DNA of 64,000 nucleotides from Bugula neritina (taxonomy: Eukaryota; Animalia; Bryozoa): positions 3,003,338 to 3,067,337 of the forward strand of contig OZ037772.1 in assembly GCA_964035545.1 (NCBI GenBank), read 5' to 3'. Numbering within the stretch: the first letter of the stretch is position 1; each line of letters begins with the position of its first letter. Of this stretch, positions 37,701-48,899 are shown one piece after another. The notes beneath the pieces were generated by a model. That model was not told the origin of the DNA, did not search any database, and saw nothing but the letters and a program-made list of their open reading frames with translations. Both the position numbers and the translations under genes were made by a program.

Positions 37701-39194
37701 TCACATTTTTAGGTCTGCGTTTGCAAACATTGTTGTGTTACTTTACTTTTTATATTTTTTGAAATAAATATCTTTTTAGCTTGTGCCTATTCATGATTAG
37801 AAGAGTATAATAATATTTAACTTTTTTTCAATTTTAATAGATGAAAATGTTGATCAGTTGGAGTATTCAGTTTAGCTGAATTTTACTTGCTTCTGCGAAA
37901 ACAATCTTTTGAAGTTGTCTGCCCTCTCTTTAGGTAATTTTTTGACCTATGGTCAACACAATAATTATAACTTTTTAAAGATGCTTGTGAACCTAACAAT
38001 ATAGCACAACTATCAAACCGCATTATTTATTCAATATCTGCATAAAATTTAGCCAATAATCTGCCACCCAATGAGCTTGAAAAGATATTAGAATTCTAGC
38101 TCAGTGCTGCCATCAATGTAGATATTTATAATGATATAAAGCCAAAACTCATTATTGCATGAGATTATCTAACCATTCCTGACGAAGAATCGAGATAATA
38201 ACTCCAAAGTTGGTCAGTTGAAACCACAGCAATAATACTTTAATCCTTATAATTGTCAGGTTTAATTTTATACCAAGCCCCAATAAGTACATATCACTAT
38301 GACAACACAGCCTAAGCACCTCCAATGCAAGAAATTTAGTATTGTGGTGCTACAAATCCTCCAGTTACAAATGAGTGGAGCTTTCATGATTATTGGTCTA
38401 CCATAATGTTTATTTAGCTGTAGGGACCAGCATAAATGCTATTATATGTGGGAGGTATTTGAAAAGCTTCCAACTCCATCTTCAACTACGGGCTATTATA
38501 ATTATGCCGATAAACGAGATACTACACTCAGACTGCCCTGTTATAGTACTATGATTGGCTACTGCAAAATTTTTGCCGATAGACAACATTTATTCATGAT
38601 GTAATGTATCTCGTATTGGTACATAAGTGTTATGTCTGAGGACGAGATACTGTGAAATTATGCCCTGAACAGAATAGTATTATAAGTTCAACAACCCTGC
38701 AGCACCTTGAAACACAAAGCGTAAAGGTGCAGTCAGTACACAGAGCTTGTTGATGTAAAGGTGTTATATCAAAGTTTTGCTATAGATGAGCTGACAGTCA
38801 AGCAGCAACCTACAAATAATTATATATATATGTGACCAAACACTACAATCTATACAATCTATTCAATTGATTACTGATTGATAATAACAATAAAATTATA
38901 TATATACAAGCGTTATAATTTCATTGAAAAAAATTGGTAAAACTGCTGTTTAATAAATATGATCCAACTTTTGATGAATGATTTCGAAAATATTTTTAGA
39001 AAGTTTAGATTATTAATTATATTAACATACACAGAATTGCTTTCAACCTTTTCAAAAAAATCACAAGAGAGACAATTGCTAATACACAAAAAGAAAACAG
39101 AAATAATGTTGCTGAAACATAAGTTTATACAACTGTGTTTAAAGTTTCTCATATTATCATACTTTATTATGACATAATTTAGTATGATAATATG

Positions 39195-39410
39195 AGAGGC
39201 AATAATGGCACAGGTAATAATATTATGGCACAGGTGATAATGTCATGGTAAGAAGGGCACACAGCGAAAAAAAGGAAAACATGGCACACTTATGTTCAGT
39301 TTTTCCTAACACCCATTCTCACCCTTATACCCTAATACTTAAAATGTGCCATTCTTACCTATTTTTTCACTTGTGCCATAATAACCTGTATGTGCCATTT
39401 TAACCATAGA
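39195..39410. mobile_element. Small degenerate MITE-like element with inverted subterminal TGGCACA/TGTGCCA repeats
   Basis: Four GGCACA motifs on the left, three TGTGCCA on the right, CCCTAA-like core; TSD not identified. Confidence 0.5.
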
Positions 39411-40519
39411 CACCACCTACAATGCATCAATTGGAAAGATTTTAAATCAACCTTTATTGCTGAATTATGAACCAACTCAATGAAATCCTCCTGTAATTCT
39501 CCTGGAATCTTTTTGACAAAGCGTTGGAATTTGTCACATGTCAAGCTAAGAATCTAGCTCTTTCTTTTTAAGAGATAGCTCAGAAAAATATCGTTAAAGC
39601 TCTATTGTGCTCTAGTGTGCAATTTTTACTTATGACATTTTTATTTATTATCGGAACTTGTTCTCCTATAAAAGTTTATTGAGTGTGTGGAAAAACACCA
39701 CAATTTAGAAAAAGGCGCCACCACTTTAGTGTAATTTTAGAAACACTGACGCTGCTATGAAAAGCAATGATATATGATGGTTGCACTCCTGCATGTTTAG
39801 GCTCAGATTATTTAGAGTAGCAAATATATTTACAAGGTATATGTAGTATACAGTTTATAGAGATTGACTTGCATGGCTGCTAAAAGTTGGCCTGTTAGTT
39901 CAAGCAGCAAATTTTTTGATCTTCATTTGAAAGTAGCACAGAAAGCAGTTAGGGTAAAACAATTAATGAACACATTTATGTCAAAGTAAACTGATATTGC
40001 AGAATATAGTTTGGTTAAATAAGGGAGCTAAGATAAAGGTTTACAGAAATATACACATATAAATGTAACTTGCAAGAACCCAAAAAGCCTTCATCAAACC
40101 TTGTGAATTTTTCAAATTTCAAATTCTTCCCTAAAATGTCAAATAGTTCCTCTTGGAGAAATCTCCTCCCAGGTTGGGAAACTCTGAGCAAGACATGTAA
40201 ACATGAATATTACCAAGTGCATGCATTGCTAGTTACTAGACTGTTGGGTTACAACTTACAATATTTGTAAGCTGAAGAGCTATTAATAGAGATGATGGTA
40301 ATGCAGTATAAATTAGTCAGTCTATTATCATGAGTTAGTCACTGCTAAGATTATGCTATGCAATGGCTAACAGTCACATAGCAACTTACAAATAGTTCTA
40401 CTATTTATTATGATTATTATGACATCTGTGATGGGCAAATAAAATGTGCCTTTACATACACATCATATTTTGTGTAAACAAGTGTTTAAATACAGTTGAA
40501 CATTTGGTGTTCGAAATTT

Positions 40520-40700
40520 GTTTTTTGTTTTGTTTCAAATGTTAATAAAATACAAATCAAAAAATATTTTTCAATAAATAATAGTAAATTATGCTGAAGA
40601 ACTAATGTGGACTTGTAGAATAAGTTCGCAAGAGAAGTAACTCCTGATTAACATGATTAAACAGTCACAATAATATTTCTCAAAGATTATAGCCTAAAGT
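40520..40700 (+). repeat. About 180-bp direct repeat (second copy 43008-43172; diverged third copy near 43815-43880)
   Basis: Shared TAAATAATAGTAAATTATGCTGAAGAACTAATGTGGACTTGTAGAATAAGTTCGCAAGAGAAGTAACTCCTG...AGCCTAAAGTT. Confidence 0.88.
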
Positions 40701-42264
40701 TGAGATGTGTCACTAGTTTCCAGGATTTTATTTCTACTCTGTGTAAAAGATGTTGTAAGTTGATCTCACTAGTGTACACTGTAGTTGTGATCAACTTCTA
40801 TGGTTGTTACAAGGGTATAAACACGAAGAGTCTTGGTGCAGGAAAACTAGTTGCTTCGCTTTGGTCGCTCTTTACATGAGAATAGGAAATAATCTCAAGC
40901 CATATTTGTCTGTACTAACAAGCAGCTTAAGGTAGGCCATCAGTTCTTCACAAAAAACATGTCTGAAACTAAACTATAAAAATCTGCTGAGAATAAGTGC
41001 CTGTTACTTGCACTCTAGTAAACAGTAAATCTAATGGCTTTATATTTTATCCAAAATCGTATGTTTTGAACTGCCCCTAGCACATTTATAACCAAAGAGT
41101 TTTGATAACAACATTTTTATTTTAGTCATTTTTATATGATAGTTTTTATACTTAGCTCAATAATTGAGTTTACTACTTGTCTAAATAATACATCAGAAAA
41201 TTGCAAAATAAATAAATGTCATTTTCAATATTAAATGTAGATTTCACTTCCCACGTTTAACATCACACATTTATAGAGTTGGCTATTAAATGACCAAGTC
41301 TTTGGTATGAATAAACTGGACAGTATTTGGCTAATGACTATACACTGTACCATCATTATTGATTCTGTGGTTGGCACTACGCTTCCCAGACTATTCTATC
41401 TTTTGTAGCTGAAACTTCTCAATCTATATATTAAGAGAGCAGAAGAAACGGTGCAGAGCTTCACCACGACACTATCACAAAGAAATAAGTTACTCAGGAA
41501 TTGCTTCTTTATATTTACAAGAATTAGATGTCGAGAGCCAGCATTGCCTCAGTTGACAACAAGATAGGAGACGCCCACGGTTACACCGTCAACGCTAAGG
41601 GTGCCATGAAAAATATGAAGAAACATACCCTCAACATGTAGACATTGCATCACCAGTTTGAGCTAATGTCAAGGTTAAACTCTGTTTCCTGTTGATGAAC
41701 TTCCTTCTTGAATATCAGCTGTACCTTTACCTTGCACCTTGTGAAGATTTTAATTATATTCTCCTTGTATGATTAGGAAAATAGTTTAGATGCAAATGTC
41801 ACAATTTACCCTTTATTGTTTACGTGCTTTTGAAAATCCTGTTTGGTAATTTTTTATGTTGTTATGATCAATTGTTCAAAAATAATAGATAATGATTACT
41901 TCTTCTGAAATTCCTTTGGGATGTTGCATGTTGCCTATTTTAAAGAAGAAAGTAAAGCATTGTTTATAAATAAACAAAGGAAAGAGCTCTGGTTTAGGGT
42001 AAACACAATGTCAATGATTTGAATCTCTGGTAAACAATAAGACATTTTCATAATGACCAGAGAAAGCTCTATTTAGCTGTTTATCACTAAACAATAGTTC
42101 TATATACTTCAAGTGGTCAATTTCATGATCAAAGTTTAGCATAAAAAAAGCTATTGATAAGTAGTCTATGAGAACGCAAGGAAATAGAATTGATATGAAG
42201 AACACAATCAAAGTGGAAAAACAAAAACAATAACGATAATTAGTAGTGAATTAACAAACAGCCA
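40699..42264 (+). pseudogene. CLASP: Segmental duplication copy B carrying the last two CLASP exons and 3' flank
   Basis: Exons about 40813-40931 and from 41409 (LKLLNLYIKRAEE); paralogous to 14835-16383 with small indels. Confidence 0.9.
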
Positions 42265-42827
42265 CTGAGACTATCATAAGTTTAGCTCACAATCTAGTTT
42301 ATGTTCTTGCTATGCTAATGTCATGTGGGTGGCATGCGTGTTGCCTACTTGTGATTGTTTAGCCTGAGATTATACTATGACTAATAAGGGCTGTGTCATC
42401 TATCAACATCCCATTATACAAAAAGCACACATCAAACTATTCACTAGCCTGTCAGCTAGCAGGCCTGTATAGCTGGTAACGTATGCATCAGTATATTCTC
42501 ATCACAACGTGTCCACTGACTGTAAAAAATTATGACATTTAAATAATATTGTCAAGAATAAGATAAAGCTTTCTGTAGGCCTATATAGCAGAGCATATCA
42601 AATATATACATATATTTTTAGACTGAACTAGGCATCTTTCACAAGTATAGCTGCTAGAAACTATTTAATGAAGACAAGTGGATACTTTGTATGTTTATAT
42701 CTTCTGCAGGAAGGAGTTAGAAATGATCCAATCAGAGCCTTGTTGTACTGATGTGGGAAGATGACAACTCCATATTTATAAAACACCAGTTTAGCAGCTC
42801 TTTGTGGTGTGACCTATAGTATATGCG

Positions 42828-43000
42828 ATATTATAATATAATATAATACAAATTAATATAATACAATATAATTTATGAATGACTAATAATTACAATATAA
42901 TGTAATATAATATAATATAATATAATACAATATGATACAATATAAAATAAAATAATATGGCATAATATAACATAATATAATACAATATTATATAATATAA
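42828..43000. repeat. (TAATA)n degenerate microsatellite
   Basis: Visible. Confidence 0.85.
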
Positions 43001-44202
43001 TTTATTCTTTTGTTTCAATACAAATCAAAATGTTTTTCAACAATAAATAATAGTAAATTATGCTGAAGAACTAATGTGGACTTGTAGAATAAGTTCGCAA
43101 GAGAAGTAACTCCTGATTAACATGATTAAACAGTCACAATAATATTCCTGAAAGATTCCTAGAGCCTAAAGTTCATACACTATTGTGATGCAGTAAGTAT
43201 TCTATAGAGTTGGTATTGATATTGCAGTACAATTAGGTCATGAGCTTTCACCAGGCATCAAATTTTTACCTCCACTGGTGGATTAATCTTAGGGCTGCTA
43301 CAGTTTATCGAATAATTGCAAACTATTTTGTATATACAATGCAAATTTCTTATAGAAAAGTGTCCAATTTTTGTTGAAGAAATTACTAAGATTTTTCTTT
43401 GAAATAAATGCTATATAATATGTTTAAAAATAAGATTTTAAAATTATTGTATCAGCTTTTATTCATAGTAAAAGAAATAAATGTATATAACTGTATATAA
43501 CTGTATATCGCTGTTGATATTTATAAAAGAAGCGAGAGACGCAACTCCCAATAAATATTGAATCCAGAAATAATATTGAATAATAAGGACCATAAGCTAA
43601 AGATCATACAGCACTGTCAGCTTGTAATAAATAATATAGTATAAGATTACTCAAATGAAAATACTATATAAAGGTACATTTACATACAAAACATATTTGT
43701 GTATAAGAGTATTTGAATTACAGTTGAAAAAACTACTCAGTGTTAATACAACATTTTATTGTAATTAAAACTTTATTGTAACATATATACAAAAACCTTT
43801 TGTTAGGTACTAAAAAATTATGCTGAAAAAATAATAAAGGAAGTTAGCAGGGGAAGTAACTCTTAATAAACATGAATGTACCAAAAAAGCAATTTGATTG
43901 AAAATTTTAGTTTGACATTCACACAACACACCACAGCAGTAAGTAATACTCATTGCTGTATAATCAGATAATTTACTTCTGTTACAACTAAAATGTCAAT
44001 TATGTTACACAATGCTGGTGCTAATTGAGCAATGTTATACAATTTCATGATATCAACGGCACCAGTGAAGTAGTGGTATCCAAATAAAACATGATATACA
44101 CTTTTCACATGTGCCTTTGGGACATTAGCGTTCTTCAGTGTTTAGTTACTCAATATATACAATGCAAATATTTTTGTAGAAAGGTGCCAAATAGTTTTTG
44201 AA

Positions 44203-44657
44203 GCCCTCAACAATATTCTGTGAGGATAGGGTTGTGGGGGACACGGTAAACATATCGGGACAGTCCAACTGCCTCTGCGTCAAAGTTCCTCCTTCTAGAC
44301 TCAGTGAAGAATTGGCCAACCTTCTAGAAAGTTCCAACTGCTCAGACGTCACTCTGGCCATCGGACCGCGAGAGTTCAAAGTTCACAAGTCCATCCTCTC
44401 CGTCAGGTCTCTTGTCGTCAATGCTATGTTTGAGCATGAGATAGAGAACAAACAGAATTGAGAATTTAGACAAGATGGTGGCTGACCTTCTCTCGGCAGC
44501 AGATAAGTACGCACTAGAGAAGAGTCCCTGTTTGGTAACCTCTCCATGGACAATGTGTGTGAGGTACCATGGTTCTAGCAGACCTCCACTCGGCTGAACA
44601 ACTCAAAACACACGCTCTGGACTTTGTCAACAGCCACGTCACAGACGTCGTGGAAAT
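44203..44657 (+). pseudogene. SPOP: SPOP/roadkill-like MATH-end + BTB + BACK fragment, intronless, internally deleted
   Basis: TIFCE..VVGDTVNISGQ...VKVPPSRLSEELANLLESSNCSDVTL.IG.REFKVHKSILS.RS.V..AMFEHE; then NLDKMVADLLSAADKYALE; then [27 protein letters not shown]. Collinear with SPOP, with deletions, a stop and frameshifts. Confidence 0.85.
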
Positions 44658-45359
44658 GTGCCATGAAAAATGTGAAGAAAAGTACCCTCAACATGTAGAC
44701 ATTGCATTGCCAATCTGAGTTAATGTCAAAGTTTAGCTCTATTTCCTGATGATGGACTTCCTTCTTGAATATCAATTGTACTGCTATCACAAACACTAGT
44801 TACAGTAGTATAAAAAATATCAAATGGCTGGAATTATTGAAAACAAGCTGACGAGAAAAAATACAGCATTTGGAAGTTTAAACTCAAGTAAGCAGTATAA
44901 TAAGCGCCTCTACAGCTATGGAAGTAAGCATCTCGCAGCAACAAACTTGTCAAAAGTAGGAGTTATCTCCGCTCGACGAATGTTTACTTATGGTTTAGAT
45001 TGGCAATGTTATTACTGCATAAACAATATAATATGCAGTTCTATGTGTATTGTGTAACAGTTAGCACTCAGGTTACTATTCTGTGAGACAAATTTGGGAT
45101 TTGCTCCCCCAAAAGAATTGAAACTATAATATATATGTTTTGTATAACATGTTTATCTATTTGATGGTAATATTGAAGCAAGCAAAATTACAATAACAAA
45201 ATATTACAAGACATTAACCAAACCAAAACAAAGATTATCCTAGCCATCCTTTGAAATCTTGCTGTGTAATACTAGCAAACATAAATTGATAAGTCTGACA
45301 ATCGAGATAGATAAGTTATACAAATTAAATACATAAGAGAATTGCAGTTAGAACATCAA

Positions 45360-45700
45360 TATTAAAATATTTCCTTCAACGGAAATTTTTGTAGCCTTAA
45401 AATAAATTCTCCAATTCAAATATTTCTCAAATATAAAATTGTGCAGCTTCAGAAATCCAAATATTTTCTCCAATATAATTTGCGAAGACTAGAAACAAAT
45501 TTCTCAATTCAAATATAAATTTGTGCAGCTTTAAGATAAAATTTCTAATTCAAATATTTTCTTCAAATAAACTTATGCTGTTTCAAAATCAATAAATCAA
45601 ATCAACAATTTTTCTTTAAATAATTTATGCCGCTTAAAAATTAATAGATCAATTCAAACAAAATTTCCTCAAACAAGTTTTTGCTGCTTCTAAAAGAAAA
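45360..45700. repeat. Diverged AT-rich tandem repeat (about 35-50 bp units with AAATATT...TGCAGCTT..AAA)
   Basis: Recurrent TGCAGCTT/TGCTGTTT/TGCCGCTT and CAATTCAAA motifs. Confidence 0.6.
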
Positions 45701-45899
45701 CTAATACACTTGTTAGTCTAAATAACAAAAGAGGTTAAGAATATCCTTAACATAAAATTGTAACATTACTTACTGCAGCCAGTCTATATTATCGATATTT
45801 GTATCAATTAGTCAGTTTTCTAGACGTCCCCCCCCCTATAATATAATTATTACTGCTGCTATATCTTCTATGCTCCAATCGTCTTTAGCTGCTTTTATC

Positions 45900-47760
45900 T
45901 TCTTGTATATCTATCTTCATTCGTCATTTATCATTCATCCTTTTTCTATTTTCAGAAATTCGGCTCCTTTTGTACCAAATCTTTTTGGCAATGGTTCAGA
46001 TTTTAAGGATACCGACAATAACTGGCCAATAAAAACCAGCGGCAGACTGACGTAGAACTCGATTAGGTATGTTGGCAGCTTTACAGCCAAGATAGGGATT
46101 GACGTAAGAAGGATCTGTTGTTATTGGCTCATCTTTGTATATTGTGGGCTATATAATCAATAATTGTACAGCAATCCTTAATCTAAAAAATAACTTTAAA
46201 ACTATAATATGATAAAATGTTATCAGTCGATGCTCACGTGTTGACCTTTGTAACAGGCTGATCAATGTCAAAAAATTTATTAGGCGTTTGAAACATTATA
46301 TCATCTAAATGTTGGTGTAAACAAATATTTACACATATGTGTATCTCTATTTATGAACAGCATCTGCTATATGTTTCAGCTTTTTTATTCATTCCCATTT
46401 GTTCATCAATTAGTGTTTTATTTCAAAAGTCATTATTACAAATTTCAACACAAGATCATGGCGTGTGGTACTATCCTAACACACAATTACTTATCTAAAA
46501 GCCACACTACTAAAAAATACTATATATATATATGTGTATTTAATAATGCATTAAGCAATTTCTATGCAAGACCGAAATATTTAACTTACTCAAAACTTGT
46601 ACATTTGAACTTTTAATTTCACTCAATTATTGGGCCTCATGCATCATAAAACTTTTGAACGTGTTTTATATTCTTTCTTGGATGTTGTAGATAAACTGTA
46701 GTCTACATACCGTGGTGGAGCAGATATAAGAATTTATAATTGCATCAACCCGTTGCAGCAGCCATCTTACTGGAAATCTCAAACAAACCTTAGCATCGCC
46801 AAAGCCATATTTTAGCAAGCTGACAGAATATCTCAGAGACATAACTTGTAAAGTACAGAAGTAAGAATTGAACACAAAGGACAGTATATGTATAATCATG
46901 CCTTCCATCAAGGATATAGCTTTCTTAAAGGATTTTCTGAGAATAATGATACAAATATTACCACTTCAGCTTAACAACTTATGACATAACGGTTACATTG
47001 GATATCATTTTCTAGATTTCATATTTGTCTGTGTTTTAGTACTGCCAAGGATATCACTCAGCACTAAATGGACAAAATTGCTTCTTTTAATTAAGACACT
47101 ATGCTGGAGAAAGGCCAATATATATAAATTGGATAAAGAAACTAGTAAATTATTCAGTGTTATAACTTATAATTAAACTTTGAACGAGCTTTGCTCTGAT
47201 TGGTTTTTTTTGACTTATCGTAATATATATCTATATCTAGCCAGGGTTTTGTGCCTACATAGTAATGTACACGTTCTATGATAAGAGTAATTGAATGCAA
47301 ATATAAATGAACATAATTTTTCTGATTTTAGTCTAGTTATGTTATAAGCATTAGATAACTTGTTTTTGAGACAGCGGGGTGAGAGCTTTGTAAAAAATTT
47401 AGCCTAATTAGAATTTCTGTAATAGATAAACGTTACTAGCTCCTTAACAATTCAATTGAAGTTGAGTAAAAATATACATCAGATTACCAGTTCAAAGTAA
47501 AAGACTTTGAAGGCTAATAACTTACTACGAGCATTTTAAACAAATAACAAGAGACTAAATTCAAAACCAATTTATAATTATTCTTAGCATATGACAAGTA
47601 TGAATGTTACAGCTGCTCTTATACAATGTACTTGTACAGCTCTTACTCATCCTAGTATGTTTAACTGACATAGAATCCTTGTCTTTCTAGGGACTCCGCA
47701 CATCGTTGGAGTGCAGAGGTCATCTCCAACAAAAGACTTTGAATTAAAGTGGATAAATAA
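45900..47760 (-). pseudogene. Possible decayed membrane-protein gene exons
   Basis: AG/GT-bounded segments near 47760-47647, 46930-46711 and 46114-45935; the last reads ILLTSIPILAVKLPTYLIEFYVSLPLVFIGQLL (hydrophobic). Family not recognised. Confidence 0.25.
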
Positions 47761-47923
47761 AAGTAAGCGCTTGTAATGTTTTGCAGCTCTAATTAAAGTT
47801 CCCAAAATGTTATTGTTGGTAAGTTTCAGGCTCAAGAATAATCTTGTATTTTCTTATTAAAAAACAAAAAGAGAAAAAAAAGAAAATAAGGGTCCTCAGT
47901 CGCAAAAACCAAAAGATAGCTTT

Positions 47924-48548
47924 TCCAGAGGTGTGGACATATTCAAAAGTTTCAAATTTGGGGAAGGAGAATCTATAGAGGTTCACAAGGATGTCCTAGA
48001 AAAATTTGACAACTTTTGTAAAAAGACCTTCAAGAAAATAATCAAGAGACATCAACTGCTATCAATAGATGAGTATGTCACCAACTTACATTGTTTATGA
48101 GCTTGATAGAGATAAAACTTCACTCAATACCAGAGACATATTTTCAAATATTGTTTTTTTTTGTGTTTGCAGGTAAAAGACCATTTCCATGTGATGTCTG
48201 TGGCAAGGCTTTCAAGCGCAGAAAAATCTGATAAAGAGGATAAAACAAAAATGGCCATTCTAATGCGGACCATTAGACCCAGAGGTGTAGACATATTCAA
48301 AAGTTTCAAATTTGGGGAAGGAGAATCTAAAGATGTTTACAAGGATGTCCTATATATAGGAAAATTTGACAACTTTTGGAAAAAGACCTCCAACAAAATA
48401 ATCAAAACACATCAACTGCTATCGACAAAACAAGAATGCTTATCAATAGATGAGTATGTCACCAACAGCTTACATGGGATCGCCAGAAAATGTGACCTTG
48501 GTGACATGTATGATGTCTTTTTTATGCAGGCCTTTCTTCTTGGCATCT
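47924..48548 (+). mobile_element. Ty3/Gypsy-type LTR retrotransposon gag fragments (partial tandem duplicate 47924-48090 of 48278-48480)
   Basis: KTKMAILMRTI.P.GVDIFKSFKF...KFDNFCK...NKII.RHQL...KQ...SIDEYVT.L..IARKCDLG.MYD..MQAFLLGI, a typical Gypsy gag capsid pattern. Confidence 0.72.
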
Positions 48549-48557
48549 TCTTGGCAT

Positions 48558-48877
48558 ATATAATTTTGTATGCTCACATGGAACTATAGAAGGAAATGTC
48601 AGCTAGAAGAGGAAGGAAATGGAGGTCAAGGCCAGCAACGCAATATCAAGGTCAACTGGAAGAAAGTAGTTTTAGGTCACGACTTGTCATTCTCAATTAT
48701 GGCGGCTAGTTTGAGCACATTTTTGGACTAGAAGAGGAAGGAGACAAGGAGACCACAGAACTCTCTGGGGAGGGAGGTAAAACACGCTTCAGCTACAAAG
48801 CAAGAGTTGAAAAAAGAAATAATTGGAAAAAGTTGAAATTTTACTCCATTTGATCCAAAATTAACAGATATCAATAA
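48558..48877 (+). repeat. About 320-bp duplicated promoter/first-exon-like module (second copy 59256-59575)
   Basis: Highly similar direct copies containing TCAAGGTCA/AGGTCA motifs, ATGGCGGC and a GGAG|GTAAAA donor-like site. Confidence 0.85.
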
Positions 48878-48899
48878 GAGTTGCAATCACATGTTCTCC

